This document shows, in pieces, positions 37,828-50,305 of a stretch of DNA of 64,000 bases. Both the position numbers and the translations under genes were made by a program. Below the pieces are notes generated by a model. The model was given only the letters and a program-made list of their open reading frames with translations. It was not told the origin of the DNA and made no database searches. Source of the stretch: the human T2T-CHM13v2.0 reference genome, Homo sapiens; assembly GCF_009914755.1 (NCBI RefSeq), contig NC_060935.1; one strand, given 5' to 3'. How positions within the stretch are numbered: position 1 is the first letter of the stretch; every line of letters begins with the position of its first letter.

Positions 37828-40800
37828 AGGAATTTCTTCCAACAGGTAGCCTAATTCATCATTCTCCAGTTGAAAGTTCCAGAGATTGCTATGGCATGGG
37901 CTCAATGATGCCAAGTTCTTTGCTAAGGCATAACAAAAGTGAACTTTGCTGCAGTTTCCAGTAAGTGTCTCATTTCCATTTGAGACTTAGTCAGCTTGGC
38001 CTTTGCTGTCAATATTACTATTAGCATTTTGGTCACAACCATTCAACCAGGCTCTATGAAGTTCCAGACTTTCCCTCATCTTCCTTTCTTCTTTTGAGCT
38101 GTCCAAACTCTTTCTACCTCTGTCCATTACCTAGTTCTAAAATTTCTTCCACATTTTCATGTATCTTTACAGCAATGCCCCACTGCTCGATACCGATTTT
38201 CTGCATTATAATAGTTTATTCTCACATTGCTATAAAGAAATACCTGAGCCTGGATAATTTATAAAGAAAATTAGTTTAATTGGTTCATGGATCTGCAGGC
38301 TGTAAAGGAAGCATGATGCTAGCATCTGCTCAGCTTCTGGGGAGGCCTCAGGAAATTTACAATCACTGCAGAAGGTGAAAAAGGAGCAGACACTTTACAT
38401 GCCCAGATCAGGAGTAAGAGAGATCAATGGGGGAGGTGCTATAAGCTTTTAAAAAACCAAAGCTAATGAGAACTCACTCACAATTATTAGAAGAGTACCA
38501 AGGAAATGGTGTTAAGCCATTCATGAGAAATCCACCTCCATGATCCAATCACCAGGCACTGCCTCCAAAGTGAAGACTACAAGTCAACATGAAATTTAAC
38601 GGGAACACAGATCTAAACCATATCAGGGTCTCACATTCATGACCACATCTAACTCTACCTCCTAAAGGCCCCAAGTACCATCACAATAAGGGGTAGGGCT
38701 TCAGTAAATGATCTGAGGATACACAGTTCAGTCCATAGGAGGTGGTTTCTCATTGCTTTTATGTTAAACCCTGGTTTTTAACAAGAGGCATGTATTTTGT
38801 ACTCTGAATTCCTTTAGGCCCTTTACATTCTCTGTTTCTTTTTGCATCACTTTACCCTCTGCCTTCTTGTTCTAGCCATATTTTCCTTTTGCTAGTACAC
38901 ATATATGCTCCCTTCTACTATGTCCTCTCGGCTTGACATAAACAACTCTGCAACTCCCTCCATCAAAGCAGCTCCTATTCATTGTACTGAATTTGGCGTC
39001 CAATCATCACTTCCTCATGGGAAAATTTCTTCATCTGCTGGCCAAATCCCCTTTGCTTTTGTTAACACACCATTTCTTGGATCCCAGTTGTAATTTGGAA
39101 GTAATCATTTGGCAAATAAATTTCTCCTTCACTAGACTTTCAGCTTAATGGAGGTAGAAAATAGATTTGTTATTGCTAACTATATCTCCACCAGCAGCAG
39201 AATACATGGTCCATGCTAGTGTTTACAAATTTGTTGAAGGAGTGACGATAATAATACTCACATGCCTGTAACTACATATGAAACTCTTGTTGTCCAGAGT
39301 CTAGAGGTTAATTAGCAAGCTGATTTTGCATCTCAATAATTGGAGTGTCATATTCTTCCTAAACCTGACTTTTCCTTTTGTCTTCTTATATTTTAGGTGT
39401 TTTTAGAGGAGAATTTGTGTGATTTTGAAAATGTAGCTTATCCTATATGAGTCTAATACTTAATATATATTAAAATTCTACCTCATGAACTTCAGTAAAT
39501 GCATGAAAACTAGATAATGTATGTGGTTTAAAATAAAAACAATACTAATTCACTAATTTTAGCTCCTGTATTTGAGAGCTTTCTTTGCACCAAACACTGT
39601 ACTAAGTAGTTTATATAAATTATCTTATTTCATTCTTCTGAAAAGAATGGCTTTATTTATTTTATTTGTTTATTTTGCTTTTCCTATGTGCCAGGGCTTG
39701 CCTAAATTATTTCCACTGGTATTTTCATCTCTGACAAGCAGATATTACCATTCTGACTTTGCTAATGAGGGACACGAGGATTTTGAGGGTTAGAAAAAAT
39801 TTTAAGTTGACACAAGCTTATCAGTTATGAGATTGCTGGTGAAAGACACTTGTGCATTTCTATAATACTTTGTAAACAGTGAAAAATAATAAAATTAAAT
39901 TGAATAAGTGATGTTCAATATTATTCAACTTGAATACTTGTAAAGCTCAAAGTGACTCTAGGGGGTCATGCAATCTAAAGTCATAGTCCCATTTTACAAA
40001 TCTTTGAAATGAAATTAACTGAGCTGCCCTACTGCACCATGAATACATTTAAGGCAGGAGATATTTCTTTTTTATTGGTAGTACACATATATTGTTCTAC
40101 CTAATATGTTGCTCAATAACATTTATGGAATTGAGTTGTTCAAGTTATCAATCAAGACAGAGCCAAGATTAAACCAAATCTGACCTGTAATACAGGAATC
40201 ATCCTATTAAATATGTTGCTAATAAATGACTAAGCTCATTTAAGAGCTTGCTTTATTAAATGGCATCATTATTTATAATAACAATAGGATTAGAACATTT
40301 CCTGGGTGATATTATCATCACTACCATTATTGTAAGGGAATCTGCAGATTCTCTTTTGGGGTTTATTGCCAGTAATCTTATTTCTGTTATTTTTTTACTG
40401 ACGGATGCATCCTAGCATCAAGGATCCAGGTTTCCTTTTCAGGTTTTAAAGGCAAAAAAGAGGAGATGCAGTTATAAATCACTTCAAGGGATGATTTAGA
40501 TTTTTTTATGGCGGCAGGTTGCTACCAGTCATGAAATCCCGAATGTAAAATGCCACTACAGCCATCAAAATAAATTGATATGGGTTGGTGAGTGGAGGTG
40601 GTTGATAAAACCCCACCATGTAATTAGTTGGAAAGAGATTAAAATGTTTACACAGAGGGAAAGTTGCAAATAAAATTTCTGTGGAAAAGTTGAAGTGATT
40701 GAATTATTTTAAACATGAAAAGGGAAGGGTAGGGGGCAGCTTAATTAATCTTCAAGAAATGGCTTTGCTTTAGGACCATGGATAGTGGTGTCCAGTGCTT

Positions 40801-41631
40801 GTCAGTTCTGCCAATGACAGAAAGCTATGAAATATAAGACGTAGCAAGACAGACTAAGGTATGATTAAAAAAATAGGTTTCTAAAGTTTATAAAGCTCAC
40901 TACCTGAACTTGAACAAGAGACACTGTTAAATATTTTCCTCTGGACAACGTTAAAGAAAGATATCCTCCTATGTCTGTAATGATAAAAGCACGGTCTTTT
41001 CCAAAGAAAGAGCTCAACTCACCTCCATAACCTAACAACATTCCTTCTAGATCTAAGATTAGACCTTTTATATGTTTAAAGCCTTGATGACATTTTCAGT
41101 TTATCAGTTCAATCAAATAAATAATATATCTATTAAAAGACCACTTTACTTAAGAAATCCCAGTACGATCATCATAAGTATTGAGTTTGGACTATTATAA
41201 ATTCAGATCTGGTTTTATGTCAGAAGAAAAATTGGATGACTTGACTGTCATATGACAATGGCATTAGGATATCTGGATTCTGGATTCAGGACCAAGTGGT
41301 CATTGTAGTTTTCAGGTTACTAAGAAATTGCATCAGCCTAAAATATTTACATACTGTTCTGCTATGATCCCTAAAATTTCTATCACTAGCCTTCCATTAA
41401 TTTTAATTAAGAAATTATTCTTATGAATGTAAACATATGAATGTCTTTCATATAGTTAGTCTATTAGAGAATTTTCAAACTTATCTATCACTCGGGACAA
41501 TGAAAGAATGGGACACTGTCCAAATCAATCTTGATGTACTCAAAGCAGACAGATCAATAGCATGTAACATTGATGTGAACAAACTGAGAGGAAGTGAACT
41601 CAGAGAAGCCAAAAGTAGAATGAAGGTATCA

Positions 41632-42350
<719 letters not shown>

Positions 42351-44019
42351 ATTCATTTTCAATGGTTTTAAAGGTAATTATCTTTCTACAGGAGTAAAAA
42401 TATTTAGCTGCTAGACACAGAGAAAGTCAAATCTTCCAGGCTGAATTTGTTAATTCCAAAACATTCTCAAATCTCCTAACACCAAAGTTGTAAACATTTT
42501 TGACAAAAAATTTAAAGCAGTTTATAATTTTTGCTGTTCAACAAGACTTTGCCCTATTGTTAACAACTTATCTTTCGCCTTCCACAAAAATGTTGTCTCA
42601 TGAGCTAAACAGAAAAATGTATTTTTTTGCACGTTTTTCCCCATATTTTCAGTAGTTCCTTCAATTGAGGCTTGCTATGAGTTGCACAGATCCACTTACT
42701 TGATCATATTTTCTTTAGATAGAGTATTAACTCTTCAGCACAGAAACATGGGAAGTCACCACAGTTCAGAAGCATCTACAGCTAGGTTTGAATTTTGGCC
42801 CTGTCACTAACAAGATGAGTTAACCATTGATGACTAAATTTGACTCTCAAACACTCAGATTACTCCATTTTAAACTAGAGCTAGTATAACCTACATGGCA
42901 GTGTAAGCATAAATATTTCATGAGATGATGTATTTAAAAGTGAAAGCACAAGAGGGCATGGCTTACAAAAGGTGTTAACAACATGTGATCCCTTTCACTA
43001 TTCTTTTCTTTCTTTATCTTCTCCACTATGATACAGAATATTTTCAGGGCTAGGATTATCCCAAGGGCAGGAAAACCATAAATTTTCCCAAACCAACCCA
43101 CTGGAAAAGGATATATGAATTTCAAAGTTTTGTTTGCCGACTCATGAGCTAAAAGTTACCTTTGATTTCACAAGGCCCCACAGACAGCTGGAAGAAATGT
43201 TTTTGGAGAAGATTCTCTGGGGTATTCTTTTTATAGTTGAAAGACACTTTTGAATGCGATATGGTTTTTCCACAGTAGCTTGAGGCCTTGAACAGGGAGA
43301 AAGAAAGGGAAAAGTGAGTTCAAGTCTCTATGACCTATTCTTTCAGAATTAGCAGATTTTAAGTATTTTGAATATATTCCTTTAAAGGATAATATCATGT
43401 CAGTAAGGCACAGTGATATTTTTTCCTACTATCATGATCTTGCCTCAGGCTTTAAATTAGTGAGGTGGGATCCATCCTGAGAGTTGCTGGGAAAGCAAAA
43501 GATTCATTCTCATTAAACCCAGAATGTGAATATTTCTCTTCTCTCCTCTTTCCTCTGCACTTCACTGAAGCATATATTATCTTCTTTCACGAGACAAGAG
43601 AGGAAAGGAGATCACACTGAATCAGCTAAGAGTTTTCCATGAGGTTCTCATAACCTTTGGGGTTTACAAGCACATATATTATTTGTTCTCCCCAGTTATT
43701 CAAATCAGCTATTCTTTGGAAGAGTGGATGATGATGTGAAGAGTCTGATAATGTTGTCTATAAAAGAAAAAGAAAAAAAGTAAAGAAATGAGGGAGGTTG
43801 GTAAAATTGAAAATAAATAAAGAAAAACAGAGAGAAAGGGACAACAAGGAGAAAGAAAATAATAGCACAGTTAATAACCAGTCCTTTATACTGTTTAAAT
43901 GATAAATTGATTATGCATTATCTAAAATGTACTTATACAGTACTCCAGAGTTATGATCTCTTTCATTAAAAAGAAGGACAGAGATAGAGAGTAAGAAGTA
44001 GAGAGAGAGAGAGAAAGTG

Positions 44020-44760
44020 AAGTGTCTCAACACCCATCCAGTTATCTAAGTCAGAACTTTGGGAGTCATGACAGACTATATTCTCTCTCTTTTCTGCTGC
44101 TAATAATAAATCACTAAGACTTGTTCATTCTATTTCCTAAATACTCAAATCTACCCTTCAGCACACACACAAACTGCTAACCCTCATCATTGTTTTATTT
44201 TAGGCAGACATCACATTTGCCTGTTTCACTGAAATAGATTCCCTACAAGTCTCTTCCTTCTTAAAAACTCTCTCATCCACTACCTGAGTGATCTTATTAG
44301 AATGTAACTCTGATCATAGCTCTCCTGTTGAAAACTTTTTCCCTAAAGAAGAGATTTCAAACTTCTTATCATGGTATATAAAGATGCTTTTGATCTGGAC
44401 TTCTGCTTCCACTCTGGCCTTCTTCCTTCTCTCCTAAGATATGTTGTTGAATGAATAAATCAATGAATATTTTCATCTTAACGTATCAATCTATTTTTAG
44501 TTTCCAAACTCTTCTATATTCTCTCATACTTCCAAGAATTTGAAAGCACTGTTTTCTCTGCTTATAAGATCCTTTCTTATTCCCTTCCTTATCTGTTTAC
44601 TCTTTTCATTTGTACAGGCAGCTGAAGAATTACCTTTTTGATCATTCCTTTCTTAGCCAACCCTAAATTATGCATTTACTTGCTTGTCTGCATTACTAGA
44701 CCATCGGCTATTTTAACACAGAAAGTTTCTTATGTGTGACTTTTTAACTTTTAACATGAA
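44020..44760 (+). mobile_element. L2 fragments
   Basis: agtcagaactttgggagtcat, gtgatcttattagaatgtaactctgatcat and tgttgaatgaataaat. Confidence 0.55.
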
Positions 44761-46113
44761 AGTGTACGCCTAGCAAATAATATATTTTAATTATTAAAGG
44801 ATTCAAAGTAACATGTTTAAAGTGAATAAATAAATAAAATATAAGGTAATGTTATCATTGGTATTTCAATTTACTTTCGTACATCATCCTTTATTCCTAT
44901 TCAATCTATCTGCGCTTAACAAATGTTTTGATTTTTATTCAAAATAAAAAATACAGTGAATAGCAATAGATCTTTTTATCTTATGAATATTCTCCATATT
45001 GATATAAGTACTAATCTCAATTTCTTGAAATAGGAAAACAATTAGAGCAAAATGCAATATAATATTGGAAAGGAAAAAAATAGAGAAGGACATGGACAAT
45101 AACTGTTTCTTAAACTAGCAACAGCTAAAGTTATCAGATTTGATCATTATGTGCTAGAAAGACCTAACAAAATGCAGAACAGCGATTATAAAGACCCAAA
45201 CCAGGAAATAACTAGGAACTGAACTGAACTCAAAAGCAATTTGACAAAAAACTGAAAGGCTAGTTTGGCTGAAATCTACTGAGTTTCTCACTGATATTTA
45301 AATACATTTATCTGATAATAAAACTCAGAAGAAATCATACCCCCATGATCAAATGCTTTACAAAGAAAACCAGGGATTTCAACTTCTCCCCAAATAATGT
45401 CTTTTTTTTTTTGCTTTGTCTCTCAAACTCCAAAACATTTAAAAATATTTAAATGTGGAATATATAGGATTTCACTAATTCTCAACAATCATAATTTTCA
45501 TTCTATTTGCTCTACACAGGTAAGTGCATGAACCTACAGGTAAGCAATCTTTCACGCTAGATGATAAACATTTTCTGATACTGGGTCTTCAGAACCACAC
45601 TGGATGTGGTGAAGTGAAGCATAGTTGGTGAGTGAAAACTGATTAGAAACATTCTTGCAAGATGCAAAATTATATTCACAGTAGCTTAATCAAAAAAGGA
45701 AATTCATTGGATACAGAGGGATTACATAAAAAGCAATAGTAGAAAATGTATAGTCTGTATTCAGAATGAAAGGAATCATGAAAATAGGTTATAAACTCGG
45801 ATTACTCTCTCCATCTCTCTGTGGCCATGGGGTCTCTGATTTCTGCACCTCTGACGTCTGTGTTATTTCTTCTTTCTCTTTGCAGACCAGCTTTCTCTAT
45901 ATCTGATTGAACAAAGGCTGATCTATGTGATCCACCAATTCCAGCATTCATTGTGGACTAACTAGAGTTTTGCTTTGTTTTGTTTTACATTTTAAGTTCA
46001 GGGGTAAAAGTGCAGGTTTGTTACAAAGGTAAACTTGTGTCATGGGGCTTTGCTTATGTTCTAATTTCATATTCATAGGGAAGAAAATCTGACTGTTCCA
46101 TTTCGCGTTAGGT

Positions 46114-46250
46114 TGGACTTGACAGATATAGCGAATAAATATATGTGTATCCTATGCAAAATTTGGGATATATTTAGTAAAAAAATTATACATTCTTTAC
46201 CTGAAATTCAAATTTAACTGGGTGTCCTGTATTGTTTCTGTCCACGCTAA
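46114..46250. mobile_element. MER53 (hAT MITE), internally shortened
   Basis: ctgaaattcaaatttaactgggtgtcctgtatt; flanking gttaggt(t/g) is TSD-like. Confidence 0.75.
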
Positions 46251-47779
46251 GTTAGGTGTTTTCTACTGGTCCTATCAGTTGTTGTCAGTGTGGGTGGGAA
46301 CACAGCGAATGGAGCAAAGGATGGTGTTATACTTCACTAGGTAATTGGGTTATCAACTTTTCTCAGGAAGAGTGATGTGAGCTTAATATGCACATAGAGT
46401 AATCTATAAACAAGAGAGAATAATTTGGTTCTCATAGAAGATAAGAGGCCAGAATGTATTACCATTCAGATAACAGGTAGAAGTTTAGCCAGTTGACTCA
46501 GAGATAATTAAAATAATTTCAGTAAAGTGAAGTTTTTAAATGACATATATTTTTTAAATAATTTACAAGATTATTTAAAAAGACGAAATGTCATCAACAT
46601 GATTGATTTAAATTTCATTTCAAAAACACAACCTGTCTACTTACTAGCATTTTAAAATTACATATTTATTCTTTTAATTCAGATAAACATTCTAAGAAAT
46701 GCCATTGTTATTTCTGCTTTGTAGTTGAAGATGTTGAAGCTTAAAGAGGCTAATTATCTATCTAAGTTAACACAGCTAGAAAGCAACAGAAGCAGAATTT
46801 AAAGTCAGGGCTGCCTGAAACCAGAACCTTTCCATTGAACTGTGTTGCTTCCAAATGTCGTTGTTTTATAATCCTAACATCAGCATTATTCCAAGCTGCT
46901 ACTAACAATTGCTATAGCTCTTCTGTTGGAATCTTAAATCAGCAGCCTCAATTTATGTGATGAAAGACTGAGGGACCACTTCCATATGAAGCAAAAGCAA
47001 GAGTGCTTGGCTCCGACCCAGTATTTTCCCCAGAATTGCTTTCCTTATCCCCGTCTATTTTCTAACCCTAAATGAGTGTAGCACTGGTTGAGGTACATTC
47101 CACACTCTTGAGAATAACAAATAACGTATAACCTATGCATATTCATGAGTAGAATTGTAGTTATGCATGAATGCTCTACATTAGTGCCTAATATCAACAT
47201 CTACTTATTTTTCTGTTGTTTAAAATAAAGGATGGGCATGGAGGGGTGTTAGTTACTTCAGTCACTAATCAAAGATAATTACACCATTGCAATTCCAAAC
47301 GTTTATCTGGGCTTCTGTGAGGCAAGCATGAAATGAACATTTAATGTACTGGTTTAAGGCAGGCCCTATGAAATGTGTAACAAGGGTGATGATAGAAACT
47401 CTTTGCAAAATTAAAGCACCAGAGATAGTCCATCTGGAAAGCATAGACAAATTTAATTCAGTGCTTGGCAAGATGTTTTACAGTTAGTGAGGGCTAAATA
47501 CATATTTTCAGATGGATAAATAAATTAATGAATTAATTATTGTGAGTAAAAGGTAAATCCCTCTAACATTAAAATATTTGAATGGCATGGAGGCAAGGTT
47601 ACAATCTTTTCCATGAATCTTAAAACCTGTATTGCCTACCAGTAGGGCATTTTTTTAATATATACATTAGGTACTCAAACTACACTGTCAATGGAGAAAT
47701 GATAAACCAAATTATGGCTCTTAACTGTGGCATAAAATGAAGTCATTGCTGATCCTAAGACTAGTCATAACTTTTCAGC

Positions 47780-48620
47780 AATAATTTTTAGGCATTTTTC
47801 TAGGCATTGATGATACAAAGGTGAAAAATACAATGACAGTTCTTGTCCACATGAAGCTTAGGTTTAGTGTGAGGAGACAGACCTTAACAGAAAAATTGAA
47901 TGAAGATATGTTTAACATAAAACTAAGATATTAACAAATGTAGGAAAGTTACGTGGTACAATGAAAGTACAAATTTGGAAGGTTTTAGTTGATCAGAAGT
48001 TTTGAGAATGCCCCCCCGCCCCCAGCTCTGGGGAAGTGTGGTCTGTCGAGGAAATAATTCACTAGGTAAAGGGAGTAGAGACTTTTCCAGTCATAATACT
48101 CTCTGGAAGGGCAGACCATCACCTACCCTAGGAACTGAAAAAAAGTTTAGTGCACCTATAACAGAAAATGAGAGAATGAAAGAGGTGAGACTGTAAAAGT
48201 AGGCAAGGTCCAGACCATGCAAATTCTTACAGATGATGTTATGCAGGCTGGGTCTTATCCCAATAGCCAATAAAAGTTTTGGGAAAGTCAGTGTTAGATG
48301 GTAGAAGTCCATCAATGAGAATCAATGAGAAGAAACGCAATTAAGATTTGCATTTTTTTAAAGATCCCTCTGGTTGCAAATGGTAAATGGACAGGGGCCA
48401 TGAGAATGAATATGGCTAGACAGATTAGGAGTCTGTTGGAATATCCCTCATGGGAAGGCACATTACCTAAGACCAAAATCAAGATTGGGAGTGTATGAGT
48501 GTATGTGTAAGAGCTAAAACTGAGGGAAATGGCAAACAATTTGATGTGAGAGATTAGGGTGAAGGGAGTATCAAATGTGATTTTCTAAGTCTCTGGCTTA
48601 TGAAACTAGATATCTAGCAT
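47780..48620 (-). mobile_element. L2 LINE fragment
   Basis: ctaggcattgatgatacaaaggtgaa, tttttttaaagatccctctggttgca and atttgatgtgag...tctggctt. Confidence 0.7.
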
Positions 48621-49081
48621 GGGAGAAATGGCCAGCTGGCTCCCCACCAACAATTTTTACTTTATCTTTCTATAATATAAAATTATTTCTAAGAAATTCC
48701 AACCCCATGCATCAAGTTTTTGCCAAGAAATATAGACAAAAGTGATGTGTGTTACGTGCTGTTGAAGTGGTTAAGAAGCAAGCATGCTTTCCTCATAGTC
48801 TCTGTCTATATTCCATGTGAGAGCCAAAAGTTGTCTATGCTTGCTATTTCCAAATTGTCAACACTGCAACCCACATACTTCAACTCATTTCAAATGGTAA
48901 TTTTTTCCTAATGATGAATAATTGATACTGCAAATATTCAGAAAATGTTAAGAGGAGACAGGCTCCCAAGAAGGGTGAAAATGGAAAGAAAAAAGATAGG
49001 CTGTATTTTAACAGGAGATACTAAGGAAATACTGGGTTTCAAAGTAACTAAGTTGAAATTTGTGACAGCAAGAAATAGAAG

Positions 49082-50305
49082 AGTGTCCGGAATTGGTGGG
49101 TTCGTGGTCTCACTGACTTCAAGAATGAAGCCTCGGACCCTCGCGGTGAGTGTTACCGTTCTTAAAGGCGGCGTGTCCGGAGTTTGTTCCTTCTGATGTT
49201 CAGATGTGTTCAGTTTCTTCCTTCTGGTGGGTTCGTGGTCTCGCTGGCTCAGGAGTGAAGCCGCAGACCTTCAGGGTGAGTGTTACAGCTCTCAAGGCGG
49301 GGCGTCTGGAGTTGTTTGTTCCTTCCGGTGGGCTCCTGGTCTCGCTGGCTTCCGGAGTGAAGCTGCAGACCTTCCCGGTGAGTGTTACAGCTCATAAAGG
49401 CAGTGTGGACCCAAAGAGTGAGCAGTAGCAAGATTTATTGCAAAGAGCAAAAGAACAAAGCTACCACAGTGTGTAAGAGGACCGAGCGGGTTGCCACTGC
49501 TGGCTCGGGCATCCTGCTTTTATTCTCTTATCTGGCCCCACCCACATCCTGTTGATTGGTAGAGCCGAGTGGTCTATTTTGACAGGGCGTTGATTGGTGC
49601 CTTTACAATCCCTGAGCTAGACACAAAGGTTATCCACGTCCCCACCAGAGGAGCTACATACAGAGTGTGGACATAAAGGTTCCCCACGGCCCCACCAGAC
49701 TCAGCAGCCCAGCTGGCTTCACCCAATGGATCCCGCACGGGGGCTGCAGGTGGAGCTGCCTGCCAGTCCCGCGCCGTGCGACCACACCCCTCAGCCCTTG
49801 GGTGGTCCATGGGACTGGGCGCCGTGGAGCAGGGGGCGGTGCTCGTCGGGGAGGCTCGGGCAGCACAAGAGCCCACGGCGTGTGGGGAGGTTCAGGCATG
49901 GCGGGCTGCAGGTCCCGAGCCCTGCCCTGCGGGAAGGCAGCCAAGGCCCGGCGAGAAATTGAGCACAGCAGCTGCTGGCCCAGGCGTTAAACCCCTCACT
50001 GCCCGGGGCCGGCAGGGGCTCCCTGCCGCTCTGAGTGCGGGGCCCGCCAAGCCCACGCCCACCCGGAACTCCAGCTGCCCCGCAAGCGCCGCGCGCAGCC
50101 CGGGTTCCCGCCCGCGCCTTTCCCTCCACACCTCCTCGCAAGCTGAGGGAGCCGGCTCCGGCTTTGGCCAGCCCAGAAAGGGGTTCCCAGAGTGCAGCGG
50201 CGGGCTGAAGGGCTCCTCAAGTGCCGCCAAAGTGGGAGCCCAGGCAGAGGAGGCGCCGAGAGCGAGCGAGGGCTGTGAGGACTGAGAGCACGCTGTCATC
50301 TTTCA
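49082..50305 (-). mobile_element. LTR12C (ERV9) solo LTR, about 1.22 kb
   Basis: Minus strand starts tgaaagatgacagcgtgct..cagtcctcacagccctcgctcgctctcggcgcc and ends ccaccaattccggacac; 4-bp TSD gaag (49078-49081 and 50306-50309); U5 tandem repeats at about 49100-49400. Confidence 0.97.
49490..49600 (-). promoter_or_regulatory. ERV9 LTR core promoter (minus strand)
   Basis: CCAAT boxes at 49593-49597 and 49555-49559, GT/Sp box at 49536-49543, GATA at 49527-49532, AATAAA TATA-like box at 49519-49524; activity itself is inferred. Confidence 0.6.

Larger units (their letters stand above)
35710..38625 (-). mobile_element. Complete MSTA MaLR element (3'LTR 35710-36119, internal region, 5'LTR 38202-38625)
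   Basis: Two co-oriented LTRs ending ccatatca around MaLR internal sequence; perfect TSD gggtc (35705-35709 and 38626-38630). Confidence 0.9.
35461..38740 (-). mobile_element. MLT1A-type LTR split by the MSTA provirus
   Basis: gggctgctataataaaataccatagac...cattagggtc | gggtctcacattcatgacc...cagttcagtccatagga. Confidence 0.8.

Noticed and set aside
49574-50299. Many overlapping long ORFs (up to 169 aa)
   Set aside because: All lie in the GC-rich U3 region of LTR12C, where stop codons are scarce; overlapping frames on both strands and no recognisable protein
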